Virus record (IMG/VR): IMGVR_UViG_3300032334_000450
Coordinates: 1 to 58,325 of that record
Direction: 5' to 3' (one strand)
Length of the DNA stretch: 58,325 bases
Source: a virus
Lineage: Duplodnaviria > Caudoviricetes
Shown here: piece after piece, positions 47,433 through 57,693 of the stretch
How positions within the stretch are numbered: position 1 is the stretch's first letter
How the letters are laid out: every line of letters starts with the position of its first letter
Made by a program: the position numbers and the translations under genes
The notes under the pieces: generated by a model
Database searches by the model: none
Told to the model about the DNA's origin: nothing
What the model saw: only the letters and a program-made list of their open reading frames with translations

Positions 47433-47865
47433 GCTTGATCCGATACTTCCAATACAAAGCCGTTTCAAAACCCCAAGGCTTACTAGGATCAAATAATTTA
47501 AACCCCGTAGCTATTAGATTGTTTGCTGACGGGGTGTTGTAGTTAGTGTCGGTAACTACCCAGTTCATGCCTAACGCTTTGGCAAGTTTAATGCGCTGTC
47601 GGATAAGCCGCTTCTGGAGTCCCTGTCCTCGATGAGCTTTAACAACACCCGCACGACACATATACATGCAGTCGCTCCAACGACTAGAGGGAGCAAGGCC
47701 AGCGAAGCCAGCCGCCTCACCGTGCTCTGAGTAAGCAATGAACCAGTAGCTATCTTTTGTAATTTCATAAACAGGACAATCGGGGAGACATAGTTTTTGC
47801 AACCAAGTAAGTAGCTGTACCACTTCAGGCAAGCTAGTGTCAACGCGGACAACTTGGTATTTCAT
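47422..47865 (-). CDS. GNAT family acetyltransferase
   Basis: RAGV...HRGQGLQKRLI acetyl-CoA motif; N.PSANNL...GFKLF. Confidence 0.88.
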   Translation of the reverse strand: MKYQVVRVDTSLPEVVQLLTWLQKLCLPDCPVYEITKDSYWFIAYSEHGEAAGFAGLAPSSRWSDCMYMCRAGVVKAHRGQGLQKRLIRQRIKLAKALGMNWVVTDTNYNTPSANNLIATGFKLFDPSKPWGFETALYWKYRIKHAI

Positions 47866-47899
47866 ACCACTATTTTGCCTAAAGTTTATGTCAACTACA

Positions 47900-48151
47900 T
47901 TACTTCATGCCTGCTGATTTTGTTCTTGCAAACGATCTATTTGCAGACTTAGGGATAGCGCGGAGATTGCCTACGCCATTCCCACCGCCTTTAACAATAG
48001 GCTTTTTATGATCTACGTCTAGGCCGTCGCCCTTGCGAACGACGCCTTTATTTTCCAGTTGCCGACGAGCCGAGTTCCGCGCAGATCGGTTAGCGATCTG
48101 TTCGGGTTTACCCTGATAATTAGCATACTCTTTTTTATAGTCACGTGCCAT
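47900..48151 (-). CDS. small HNH-motif protein
   Basis: RDYKKEY...GDGLDVDHKKP..GG.N...NLR....ANRS. Confidence 0.8.
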   Translation of the reverse strand: MARDYKKEYANYQGKPEQIANRSARNSARRQLENKGVVRKGDGLDVDHKKPIVKGGGNGVGNLRAIPKSANRSFARTKSAGMK

Positions 48152-48176
48152 GATAGTTGTCCTTACAAAAGATGGC

Positions 48177-51146
48177 CTATTGTCCCACAGCCGCGCCGTT
48201 TAGAACAGCCAGTAGTACAGGACTTTGCTCGCGGGATGAGGTGCCAGTCAGCGTAGCTACGAACCGTGGATGATTTAGATTAACCATCAGGCAGTGCGTC
48301 TGGCCGGGACTTCTGTCCTTGCAACCTTTAAACATTGTAATGCGTTCCCGCTTTGCAATCAAAGCTCCACTTGCCTCTAGTTCCTGCGTGATGCGGTCTG
48401 AGCTGTCTTGTTTCCTGCCTAGCCATGTCTTGAACAAGGCCAAGTTAATCGCCGCCACGCTACCGGGCAAAACGGGGTTCTTTGCATCATAGACAACTTT
48501 AATACGTGCCACGGCTTTGTCCGGTGCCGGCTGTGTAACCTGCTCTTTATTGGAGCCGTATACCTCAGTGCAATGCACCAGACGATCATTGTGTTCCATG
48601 AGGTATTGACCAATTATGTCGAACACATCGACCTTGTTGTCGATCGCGGCCTGACGGGTCTTTTTAACGTGTTCAATCAAAAACTCTAGCGTAGCCTTAA
48701 CGTCGAACGGAAACAGCCCCAGAGCCTGTCCTATGCGGCCCATGCCCCATGATGCAATGAGTAGCGTCCTGTAAAACCGCTCTTGCGGCTCAAACACAAA
48801 TCCAAACGTTTTATCAAACGACTCTTGTGACCACTTCCAGATAACTTCTGGGCCACCCCTGTCGATCACAACTTGCACTAATTCAGGGAATGCCCAACCA
48901 TTGTTCTTTTCTACAATACCAAAGAACTCATAACCATTGCTATTGCCATCTTCTCTAGTAGCAACAAACAGTCTGTCGCTTTGCATCAACTCCAAGCACC
49001 TAACTTTAAGCGGCTCATTGTTCGCCTGTGCGTTTTCAAACTTCTGATATAAAGAAATATTAGTACTTACAAATGTGGGAGAGAACCATGTTGCAGGTTC
49101 ACGGATTTCACGTTCTTTCGTAAGAGTAATTTTTTCACGGCCTTCACTTAGGGTATACCCCATATCTCGAACTTCGAGATCATCAGCCGCTGTCAATTCA
49201 TCAATGCCACATGGAAGATTGTTTAACACGCCGCGCAATTTGTAAAAGGCATTAGCTGAATCTTGCTTGCTTAAAAATAATTTCTTCGGTGTACCAATCA
49301 AGCTGTTAGCGGCGATAAGAGATAACGATTTACCAGTCGTAGACAAATGAGAACAAATTGAGACGATCGCTGTTGAGTTGCCGGCAACGTTACCAAGGAT
49401 ACCAGTTGTTGCCATAAGGATCGATGCACGAATGTTATCGGTGCCGGGCAAATTGAGCATCTCCATAGCACGCACCCACTCAGAGCGTTCACCATGCGGG
49501 CCAATGAGCCCTGAATATCTTGCGGCGGGGCCGCGAAGACGAGTATCTGTTGCTCCGGAAGTAGCCCCTAGAACAGTCTGCCCACACATGAACGAGCCAT
49601 CTGCCTGCCATCCAAAATTTACAAAATCCAATCCAGTGGGCGCTTGCTGTTGCACCATAGATAAATAGTCCATTAAGTAACTCCTCACTTTTTCTTGTTG
49701 ACCTGCGTTCTTCACATAAATTTGTTCATTTAGCAAAAACGAAGAAAAATCTCTGCCGATTGTTGCGAGCACTGACATCTCATGCTCTGTCTCTTTCCAA
49801 CCCGTCATTGGGTATTTAACAAGCATCTTGAATGCTGATTTGCGACTTTCTCGGTCGTGATATACACCAGTGATATGCATCTCATACTGGCACACGTGGT
49901 CGAACTCAACAACCTCTTGGGCTACCTCGTTGCCGTTTGCATCACTGGTTGTAATTTCAGTCTTGACCTCACGCATGATCTGGCCGTTCTGAATGACGTA
50001 GCCTTTGGGTAGCGTGAACGAAAACTCTTCGCCTTCCTCAGTAACTACTTCAATCTCAGTGACGACAGATAACTGTGCAGGGCTCGTAATGTTTCCGCGG
50101 CTTGGGCATCCCTCACAACCCTTCGCGCAGAATTGTTCAAACTTCGCACATGTAGTCGGGCCGGTACCTTTCCACTTGTCGAGCTTAGCCATGTTGTCAT
50201 CGAGATCAAAGTCCTTGTGCTTACCTGCAATCTTGATAACAGCTTCTTTTACATCCGTTGCGTACCTTACTAGGCCAAGAGAAGCACGCCATATTGGTTC
50301 ATCAACGGGCCTACCATCTGCATCCAAGACGCCACCGGATTCAACAAGCGCTTTAACTTGATTGCATCGCTCCGCGACAGCGTCGATATTGACATTGTTT
50401 GAGTTGAGCACCGCTTCAAGAATCGCAGACCGGCCGCCTTTCTTTGAAGCCTTAGCCTTTTTGTTGACGACACCTTTATCGAACCATGGCTTGAGAATTG
50501 TGAAGAGCGAAGCCGCATCGTAGTCTGGGCAGTCCGCAACACACTTGACATCTTTCCATGGCTGTTGTTTTTTGTGGTGCGTACCAACGGGGCGAAGCAC
50601 CATTGATGGATCATGAATTTTTGATGTGTCAATTACAACTCCCTGTTCTTCTAATGCAACACGAAATGCAATGGAAGCTTTTTCCCAATCATCTCTGTTG
50701 ATAGCCTCTGTCAAAGGCCAATACAAGTGAACACCATTACCCGACGAGATCACCATTGGGTTTGGCATACCAATAGCCGCTAGCGCCGGCATCATGGCTT
50801 TCATGCCTTCGGCTTTAGTTGCGTACGGAGTCTTACCACCAATGTCTAGGTCAAGTGCTAAAGACTTAAACCATGTTGCTTGAACTTGTTTACGTTCAAT
50901 CTTTTCACGACCGTCTGGTCGAATCACTTTGTTATTTGCAAACGAACCAATTGAAAAATAAATTGTTGTCTCGGGTTCTGCGTCCCATAGTGCAATGTTT
51001 GCTACAGCTTCATCAATGTCTGAGAACGATCCACGATTCCATCCAAATCCTTTCGGGTTGCCGCCTGTATGGTCAGGCTTATGTGCCATGATGACGAGTT
51101 CGTCACGTTGGGCAAAGATACGAGTAAGAAAGTTTTTTGTGTCCAA
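48177..51146 (-). CDS. primase-helicase (AEP/RepB-like primase, DUF927, P-loop helicase)
   Basis: LDLD and SSGNGVHLYW primase motifs, LRPVGTHH, C..F...C..C cluster, FGW, STTGKS Walker A, IDE Walker B; TTG start. Confidence 0.88.
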   Translation of the reverse strand: MDTKNFLTRIFAQRDELVIMAHKPDHTGGNPKGFGWNRGSFSDIDEAVANIALWDAEPETTIYFSIGSFANNKVIRPDGREKIERKQVQATWFKSLALDLDIGGKTPYATKAEGMKAMMPALAAIGMPNPMVISSGNGVHLYWPLTEAINRDDWEKASIAFRVALEEQGVVIDTSKIHDPSMVLRPVGTHHKKQQPWKDVKCVADCPDYDAASLFTILKPWFDKGVVNKKAKASKKGGRSAILEAVLNSNNVNIDAVAERCNQVKALVESGGVLDADGRPVDEPIWRASLGLVRYATDVKEAVIKIAGKHKDFDLDDNMAKLDKWKGTGPTTCAKFEQFCAKGCEGCPSRGNITSPAQLSVVTEIEVVTEEGEEFSFTLPKGYVIQNGQIMREVKTEITTSDANGNEVAQEVVEFDHVCQYEMHITGVYHDRESRKSAFKMLVKYPMTGWKETEHEMSVLATIGRDFSSFLLNEQIYVKNAGQQEKVRSYLMDYLSMVQQQAPTGLDFVNFGWQADGSFMCGQTVLGATSGATDTRLRGPAARYSGLIGPHGERSEWVRAMEMLNLPGTDNIRASILMATTGILGNVAGNSTAIVSICSHLSTTGKSLSLIAANSLIGTPKKLFLSKQDSANAFYKLRGVLNNLPCGIDELTAADDLEVRDMGYTLSEGREKITLTKEREIREPATWFSPTFVSTNISLYQKFENAQANNEPLKVRCLELMQSDRLFVATREDGNSNGYEFFGIVEKNNGWAFPELVQVVIDRGGPEVIWKWSQESFDKTFGFVFEPQERFYRTLLIASWGMGRIGQALGLFPFDVKATLEFLIEHVKKTRQAAIDNKVDVFDIIGQYLMEHNDRLVHCTEVYGSNKEQVTQPAPDKAVARIKVVYDAKNPVLPGSVAAINLALFKTWLGRKQDSSDRITQELEASGALIAKRERITMFKGCKDRSPGQTHCLMVNLNHPRFVATLTGTSSREQSPVLLAVLNGAAVGQ

Positions 51147-51159
51147 AACATGCCCCTAG

Positions 51160-51185
51160 AAAAAAAACCCCGGCATTACCCGGGG
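51160..51185 (-). terminator. intrinsic terminator between SSB and primase-helicase
   Basis: CCCCGG stem, then T8 on minus strand. Confidence 0.75.
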
Positions 51186-51207
51186 ATCGACTTACGCTTT
51201 TATTTTA

Positions 51208-52098
51208 TTACTCATCAAACAAACTGTCGAGCTTTGCCGCTAATTCGTCTGAGGCTTTTACAGGTGCTACAACAGGCTTGGCCGCCTTTACAGGAGCCAC
51301 AACTGGTGCAGGTGCTTCTTCCTCATATGCATCGTCTACCGCGGGTGCAGAGATGGCTGCTTTCTGGGATGGAGCGGCAATAGCAGGGCCTGCCGCTTGC
51401 GGAGCGAGCTGACGTGTAGCTACTTTAACAGAATCGCTTGTGAGCAAATTATCGACACGCGAAATAGCTTTTTCTGGCACGTAACCTTTTTGCTTGAACG
51501 TAATCTTGGGGTAGCTAGCGGCGTCATCAAAACCCAACTCTGTGATAACTTCTTCAGGGCCGATACCATAGTGACCCAAGTCGGTAAAGTATTCACGTAA
51601 TGCTTTCATTCCACTTACAGGCACAGTCAAACTGTATACCTTTGATGGATCAGCCGCGGCTACTACTGCCAAGTGACGTTGATCTGCACACATCTTAGAC
51701 TTCGCACCGGAAGGCAAGACCTTAGAGCCAAGCACGTTGTTAGGGCAATCTGCACAGGCAGTGTGCACTGGGGACTCAACGCTAGCGTCAGCTTTCAATC
51801 CATCATTTGACCAACAATCGGGGCGGATGTTGTCGGCAGATGCATCAAATGCTTTTGCATAAAACACTTTGGATACCCTAGGGTTTGCACCTACGATAAT
51901 TGTGTCCAGAGTTACGCCTACTGTTGTTTCTACGCCATCTTCGCTCAAGCGATAACGCCCTGCGCGGATGCTGATACGTGGAATGCTAACGCCGGCGCTA
52001 CCGACGACAGCAGAAGCCACTGTGGATTTAACTCCCGCCTGTTGACGGGCGGCGATACGGGCTGCAATGTGTGCAGGTACTGTTTGAATGTTGCTCAC
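51208..52098 (-). CDS. single-stranded DNA-binding/annealing protein
   Basis: PRISIR...PDCWSNDG...CADCPNN..GS...C; flexible A/P linker; acidic tail LDSLFDE. Confidence 0.7.
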   Translation of the reverse strand: MSNIQTVPAHIAARIAARQQAGVKSTVASAVVGSAGVSIPRISIRAGRYRLSEDGVETTVGVTLDTIIVGANPRVSKVFYAKAFDASADNIRPDCWSNDGLKADASVESPVHTACADCPNNVLGSKVLPSGAKSKMCADQRHLAVVAAADPSKVYSLTVPVSGMKALREYFTDLGHYGIGPEEVITELGFDDAASYPKITFKQKGYVPEKAISRVDNLLTSDSVKVATRQLAPQAAGPAIAAPSQKAAISAPAVDDAYEEEAPAPVVAPVKAAKPVVAPVKASDELAAKLDSLFDE

Positions 52099-52108
52099 GA
52101 TTATTCCT

Positions 52109-52345
52109 TTATGGGTTGCTGTCTGTTACTACGCCGTGAATACCACGTGACCACAAAAGATTACTTGTAGCCACTGCGCCTGCCGCAATTAATTGCGCTG
52201 CGCTATAACGATCCTTGTTAACACGGGGGTAACCCGGGCCAACGAATATCTCACTGTTTCTAAAGTGAGGTACATATGTAACATCTCTTATTTTGTATGT
52301 TATTTGTGCTCCAATTTGAGCAGATTCTGGCGAAGTACTTTTCAT
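52109..52345 (-). CDS. hypothetical protein
   Basis: ATG at 52345 with AAGGA RBS. Confidence 0.65.
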   Translation of the reverse strand: MKSTSPESAQIGAQITYKIRDVTYVPHFRNSEIFVGPGYPRVNKDRYSAAQLIAAGAVATSNLLWSRGIHGVVTDSNP

Positions 52346-52346
52346 A

Positions 52347-52739
52347 CTATTCCTTTGGTAGAGCTTTGCGAAGGTTAAAAACACGAGTCGACGAAAAATT
52401 AACGCCGGGAGGTGGAGCACCATTAGCTTCAATGAAACTCTTAACTCCTAGCTTCGATGCGCGGGACTCGACCATATCCCACAAATCGTTTTCCTTGCAG
52501 TATGCAAAGAACTCTTCACGCGACGCTACGGTCGCGGTATGGTGCGTTGACCAATACGCTGTTCCGAATGATGTCTTGATTGTTTCAAGACCATCTTCTT
52601 GCGCTTTGGCAGTCACCCAATTTTCTACAGCAATAAGCTTCTCTGTGAGTTTTGCTTTTGCCGCTTTGTGATCGCGTTCGAGATCATCAATAGCTTTTCG
52701 CACCTGCAGATATTTTTCTGCGGCTTCTTCATAGTTCAT
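52347..52739 (-). CDS. conserved replication-module protein (coiled coil, Gam/Gp157-like)
   Basis: coiled-coil N-terminus; KTSFGTAY; PPPGVN. Confidence 0.65.
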   Translation of the reverse strand: MNYEEAAEKYLQVRKAIDDLERDHKAAKAKLTEKLIAVENWVTAKAQEDGLETIKTSFGTAYWSTHHTATVASREEFFAYCKENDLWDMVESRASKLGVKSFIEANGAPPPGVNFSSTRVFNLRKALPKE

Positions 52740-52761
52740 AAGTAAGTCCTAACTGAAAAAA

Positions 52762-54312
52762 TTAATCGTCACTGTTGATGCCTTGCACCAAATTCAAAAA
52801 CTCCGCCAATGTGTTCTTCTTTGCGCGGAGCCGGCGGTATAGCTCTGCCTCAAAGCTGGTGGCCCATATGTGCCAGACAGTCGTCTTGCCAACTGTTGTC
52901 AGTCGGCGAATCCTTGCATTAGCTTGCTCATACTGTTCAAGTGAATAAATTGGAGCAAACCAAATAATATCTTTCGCCCGAGTAAGCGTCAAACCATGTG
53001 CCGCAACTTTGGGGTGAGCCAACAAAACCTTTGGCCTATCCGTATGCTGAAAGTCGTTGAAGATTTGATTGCGTTCGTTCTTGCCAACATCACCATGCAC
53101 CGATGCAACATCGAATCCATCAGCAGTCAGCTTCGCTAGCAACTCATCTTGCACGCCTCTAAGCGGCACAAAAATAATAACCTTATCTCCGATCTCATTT
53201 AGTAAGTCAGTGAGTGTATTATACCTCAACGAGCCATCGATTGCAATCTTACCGGTCTCACTGTATACGACACCGCAACTTATCTGCAACATCTTACTGA
53301 GCACAACAGCAGCGTTTGCCGCAGTCACTTCACCACCTGCAAATACAGTAACAGCTTTGTCCTTCATCTCTTTAAAAGCTTTTTCTTGTTGAGGTGTTAG
53401 CTCTGTTTTACGACCGACAAAGTTCGTGTCAGGCAAGTCTTTACATTGGTCAAGTGAGAATCGAATTGATGGCTGTAAAACTTTCTTACATACCTCCAAC
53501 GACTCTGGTCTTGGCACCCATCTGAACGTAGTTACTTTTTGCATCACCATGTCTTTGAACGTAGTGAAACTCTTAGGGCAAGTCGGCGAGTCAACAAGTC
53601 TTGCGAGTGTCCATGCGTCAGCAGGTGTCTGCGAGATCGGTGTACCAGTTAACATCCACAACCATGGCTTGTGCGTCTGCATCCACTTTGCAAATATCTT
53701 ATATCGCTGTGAACTCGGAGACTTAAGTGCAGTCGCTTCGTCATAGATCACCACATCAAAATCATTGAGGTCAGCAGCCATGTTACTAAAGCCGTCATGG
53801 TTAATGATGAAGTACTGCACGCCGGGCTTTTCAAGTAACTGTTTACGTTTTTCTTTACTACCTGTGCATATCACAAACATGCGATGAGGCAAGTGGTGCT
53901 TAAGTTCCCTCCCCCATACAACGGTCAGCGTCGACAAGGGCGCGACAATCAAAATCTTTTTTGCGATACCTTCATCAAGTAAAAAGTCGGCGGCCCAAAT
54001 AGAACTGATGGACTTACCTGTACCCGGTGCATTCAAACATAGCGCACGTTTATGCATGGTGAGAAAAGCCGCAGTTTCTTTCTGGTGCTCCATCGGAGCA
54101 AACCTCGCTGGCCAGTTGTAGTAATGCAGTATGGGAGGGGGCACGCTAAAGCCTAAGTTCTTAAGCACCATAGCTTCTTCGACGCCATACGGCAACGCAA
54201 GCATGGACTCCCCTGAGTGATCGAATTGTTTTGCGTGAGGCATCACAGCCTGCACCGCGTCGTTCTCACTGCTGTTAATAATTATCTTGCGTTTGTCCGG
54301 TATTACGAGCAT
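52762..54312 (-). CDS. SNF2-family helicase
   Basis: PGTGKS, YDEAT, LTGTP, HGLTLT, QANARIRR motifs. Confidence 0.92.
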   Translation of the reverse strand: MLVIPDKRKIIINSSENDAVQAVMPHAKQFDHSGESMLALPYGVEEAMVLKNLGFSVPPPILHYYNWPARFAPMEHQKETAAFLTMHKRALCLNAPGTGKSISSIWAADFLLDEGIAKKILIVAPLSTLTVVWGRELKHHLPHRMFVICTGSKEKRKQLLEKPGVQYFIINHDGFSNMAADLNDFDVVIYDEATALKSPSSQRYKIFAKWMQTHKPWLWMLTGTPISQTPADAWTLARLVDSPTCPKSFTTFKDMVMQKVTTFRWVPRPESLEVCKKVLQPSIRFSLDQCKDLPDTNFVGRKTELTPQQEKAFKEMKDKAVTVFAGGEVTAANAAVVLSKMLQISCGVVYSETGKIAIDGSLRYNTLTDLLNEIGDKVIIFVPLRGVQDELLAKLTADGFDVASVHGDVGKNERNQIFNDFQHTDRPKVLLAHPKVAAHGLTLTRAKDIIWFAPIYSLEQYEQANARIRRLTTVGKTTVWHIWATSFEAELYRRLRAKKNTLAEFLNLVQGINSDD

Positions 54313-54608
54313 GTCAGTGCAACCCAAGCTTTAAATTCAAGTTCCCATATGTCTACAGATGTCTCACGGACAATCCACACCTTTGCACCGCTACGCGTTA
54401 GCGTCTGTATCTCTCGGTCTTGGTTAGCCGTAGTAGTGTTCTTACCGTACTTGGTTTCAATAGCAAACATAAAGCCATTAACACAGCCAATAAAGTCAGG
54501 AATACCAGACCTACCATAGCCATTAGCAGGTGGCATAAACCACCAACATAAGTCAGTATCTTTGAGAACATCTTTGACAATCTTTTTAACATCGCCTTCA
54601 TTCTTCAT
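54303..54608 (-). CDS. VRR-NUC nuclease
   Basis: E..V...GYGRSGIPDFI...FAIETK.....T..Q. Confidence 0.88.
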   Translation of the reverse strand: MKNEGDVKKIVKDVLKDTDLCWWFMPPANGYGRSGIPDFIGCVNGFMFAIETKYGKNTTTANQDREIQTLTRSGAKVWIVRETSVDIWELEFKAWVALTCS

Positions 54609-55297
54609 CTTTTTCCTTTAAGTCTTGCATCAGGGCAAATATCTTTTGCCGCACACCATGGGCATAAACCCGAAGGTGTTGTTTTAAATACGCCAAGCTC
54701 TATCGTCTCTTGAACCTTTGCAAAGCGGGGCTTCAGTGCCCGCCACATGGAGTCTAAGAAACGGCGCTCATACGTTGCGTTTGTTGTTTCGTTGAACTTG
54801 AGCCAGATGAATGACGTCTTAACTTTGGTAACTTCTGGGTAGTGCCAGAACACCATGGCCGCAAACAACTGCAACTGTGTTGGGTTGTCTTTAACTTTGC
54901 CAGTTTTATAGTCGAGGCAGTATGCAGTGTCACCATCCACAACAAGCACGTCAGCAATTGATCTGATCCATACATCATCAGCAAACCAGTCAACAGGTTT
55001 AAGGTCTGCATTGACAGCCATCTGATGCTCGAACAACTTAGTGCCCGGACGATTCATGATGACATCAACAACACCACCCCACTGCTCTAGTGTGTTACGC
55101 CCTTCGGCGGATAGTGAGTCAAGGTCAAGCACACCACGGCCTTTAGCTTCTAACAATTTGTGAACACGGTCTCCGTATTCGGATGCTTCGTTTGATAAGT
55201 TTAGTACGCGCTTAGATACGTACAGGTAGTCAAATTGAGCTTGACATGTTTCAAATGTTGATAGACGACTAAAAGACAGCGGCATTACCTTGGTCAT
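54605..55297 (-). CDS. PD-(D/E)xK Cas4/RecB-like exonuclease
   Basis: SFSRL..FETC, G.RVH..LE, ADVL, DYKTGK, QLQL, C.WC....C. Confidence 0.88.
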   Translation of the reverse strand: MTKVMPLSFSRLSTFETCQAQFDYLYVSKRVLNLSNEASEYGDRVHKLLEAKGRGVLDLDSLSAEGRNTLEQWGGVVDVIMNRPGTKLFEHQMAVNADLKPVDWFADDVWIRSIADVLVVDGDTAYCLDYKTGKVKDNPTQLQLFAAMVFWHYPEVTKVKTSFIWLKFNETTNATYERRFLDSMWRALKPRFAKVQETIELGVFKTTPSGLCPWCAAKDICPDARLKGKR

Positions 55298-55304
55298 AAG
55301 TTTC

Positions 55305-57140
55305 CTATTTCGCCGCACCGTACGAAGGGCCCACACCCGTCTCACAAGATACGGGAATATTCCGGCACCACTTGGGTGTCAAAGATAGGCACTCTTCCAT
55401 ATAAGCGCGTGCTTGAGTAAGTTCTTCATTAGGCACCACGCAGACTGCTTCGTCATGAACTGACAGCTTGACAGGGTACCGCTCGTTAATACGAGCAGTT
55501 TGCCACATAACGATCCGCATTGCAGCATGTTGTGATAAATTTTCTACAACTTTAGGCCCAAAAATACGAACTCGTTGTTTTCCCATCAAGTAAGACCACT
55601 CTTTGCCGTCGTACTTCAGGTCGTGGTACACAACGCCGGGCTCGCCGGGGCGGCCGAAGCCATCCTTCTGCGTGATAAACCATCCATTTACATCCACGTT
55701 GATAAGGCTACAACCATTGGCAATATCCGGCAGAATTAATTGCTGACATCTAGCCCACAAATCTACTACTTTAGAATGCACAGAGCGGTATAGGTTAACA
55801 ATATCGTATGCACGATTAAGATCAATTGGCTGAACACTCGGATCGCTACGAGCCGCAATACGCACCATCTCTTGGAAGCGAGCGGCACCCGCACCATACT
55901 GCAAACCGAGCATGGCGGTCTTGCCTAAGAATCGTTCGGCCTTGTCAGCCTTGGTGATGTCACGACCAAACAACTTAGACGCAAAGTCACAGTACAGATC
56001 GACACCATTAGCTAACTTCTCTAGCACTTCGTCTTGGCCGGCCAAAGCCATCACAGTGCGTAGCTCAATGTTCGATGAGTCACCGACAAGCACAGTGTGT
56101 CCGGCAGGAGCAAGCAAGGCATTACGCAAACCCGCAGACGGGCCTCTGGCAGGGATATTCTGCCAATTAATGCTGTTGCCGCCTGAGTACCGGCCAGTGG
56201 TCTTAGCGCCCCAGAAGTTGAGATACACCGGCAGTGGGCCACGCTTTGCAGTATCCACGAACTTTAGCGCACGGGTTTCTGCGATGGTTGTTTTCACACC
56301 AAGGCGAGCGGCAACAAGAGTTTGCACAACGGGGTTTTCATGGTCGAGCAAGTCAGTGAATTCTTTATCGCTTTTGGCAAACGCATACGTCTCACGCTCA
56401 GTCGTCTTGCTGATCTTCTTTGGTGGTGCTACGCCATTCAACTCTAACTGCTCAGCGAACTTGTCATTGGACATCAGCACATCACGCCCCACAACAAGCG
56501 AACGCATCAATGCTTCTTTACGAGCTACCTCGTCGTTATACAACTGCTCCATCATCGCCACGTCACCCACAAGCATGGGTTCGGTAAACATACGCACAGT
56601 CATGTCGATAAGACGGGCTTCCAGTGGCGGCGTGAATGCATCCATCTTGGTACCAATCGCACGGCACAGCCATGTATCATGCTTGCAGTAATCTGCGTAC
56701 GCCTCTAATTCCATGGGATTAAAGTCTTCACGGCGTTTGCCCAACGCTTTAACAACCTCAGTACCCTTATCAGGGAACCCAAAGAATTTAGCTAAGTTAG
56801 CAAGTGAGTGTGAGACTAGGTAGGGGTAAATCATTCGGCCTTGGGAAAGCGTATCCATCCAAAGCTTTGGGCGTATCCCTAGCCGCTGAGACAGCGCGTA
56901 GCCGTCGAACAAAGTGTTGTGACACCGCACAGCGGAATTACCCCAGTCGTAGTTCGTATGCATCCACTCAAGGATTTCCGCCTCAGTGCCGCTGAACCAA
57001 ACAGGTGGCTCTTCGTTGCGTGCTACGCATACGCCAATAAACTCAAACCTATCGTCTGTGATGTACGCATCGGTCTGCATCTTTGACAAACTGAATTGTG
57101 CATCGTAGTACGTCTCAATATCTACAGTAAGTATGTCCAT
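55305..57140 (-). CDS. polA: family A DNA polymerase with 3'-5' exonuclease
   Basis: DIETY, HNTLFD, YC.HD exo motifs; TGRYS, DSSNIELR (A), KTAMLGLQYG (B), VHDE (C). Confidence 0.95.
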   Translation of the reverse strand: MDILTVDIETYYDAQFSLSKMQTDAYITDDRFEFIGVCVARNEEPPVWFSGTEAEILEWMHTNYDWGNSAVRCHNTLFDGYALSQRLGIRPKLWMDTLSQGRMIYPYLVSHSLANLAKFFGFPDKGTEVVKALGKRREDFNPMELEAYADYCKHDTWLCRAIGTKMDAFTPPLEARLIDMTVRMFTEPMLVGDVAMMEQLYNDEVARKEALMRSLVVGRDVLMSNDKFAEQLELNGVAPPKKISKTTERETYAFAKSDKEFTDLLDHENPVVQTLVAARLGVKTTIAETRALKFVDTAKRGPLPVYLNFWGAKTTGRYSGGNSINWQNIPARGPSAGLRNALLAPAGHTVLVGDSSNIELRTVMALAGQDEVLEKLANGVDLYCDFASKLFGRDITKADKAERFLGKTAMLGLQYGAGAARFQEMVRIAARSDPSVQPIDLNRAYDIVNLYRSVHSKVVDLWARCQQLILPDIANGCSLINVDVNGWFITQKDGFGRPGEPGVVYHDLKYDGKEWSYLMGKQRVRIFGPKVVENLSQHAAMRIVMWQTARINERYPVKLSVHDEAVCVVPNEELTQARAYMEECLSLTPKWCRNIPVSCETGVGPSYGAAK

Positions 57141-57466
57141 TATGGATTCCATTCGAGCAACGTTGCCGCAACTCTGTTTGTTAGTAAGTCAGTGATTTCT
57201 TTGAGGTCGCTTGCAATATGCGTCGACCCGCCGATCTCGACAGTGTACCCGTTCTCAACCTGTTTGACTACTAAGTGAATCGCACGATACGATGAGTTGG
57301 TGGTGTAGGGGTAAGCAACATTCAGTAATGTATTTTGTTGCGCTGCGTTATTCCATGCTTGTTGGGCGGCAAGTGAATTGCTTTGGACTACCCCCGATGT
57401 AATTGCTCCTTGTGCAATGGTGTTTGAGTTAACGGATGTTCCAAACAGTGTTCCAAGTAGTGACAT
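57140..57466 (-). CDS. hypothetical protein
   Basis: ORF track; stop overlaps pol start. Confidence 0.7.
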   Translation of the reverse strand: MSLLGTLFGTSVNSNTIAQGAITSGVVQSNSLAAQQAWNNAAQQNTLLNVAYPYTTNSSYRAIHLVVKQVENGYTVEIGGSTHIASDLKEITDLLTNRVAATLLEWNP

Positions 57467-57471
57467 ATACG

Positions 57472-57693
57472 TTACCTAACTATTTCTACGGGTGATTGAG
57501 TTTCTATCCATACGTGGGCACCGCACGACAAAGGTTTGTCTGGCGAGTAAACGATCTTACTTTCACCTTTGATCTCGACCTCATGGGCGTAGCGGTTTTC
57601 TTTGTATGTCTTGACGGTCAGCACGGGGTTGTTCTCGCCGTTTTTGTTATTGGCTTTAATCACATGCTGATTAACGTGGATGATTGTTTTCAT
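57472..57693 (-). CDS. conserved phage protein (IHVNQHVIK...PLSCGAHVWIET)
   Basis: recognisable motif; RBS. Confidence 0.8.
   Translation of the reverse strand: MKTIIHVNQHVIKANNKNGENNPVLTVKTYKENRYAHEVEIKGESKIVYSPDKPLSCGAHVWIETQSPVEIVR

Noticed and set aside
55912-56691. 259-aa plus-strand ORF and other long antisense ORFs (e.g. 17968..18630, 9705..10232, 38304..38861)
   Set aside because: Antisense shadows of well-supported genes, with no RBS or motifs.
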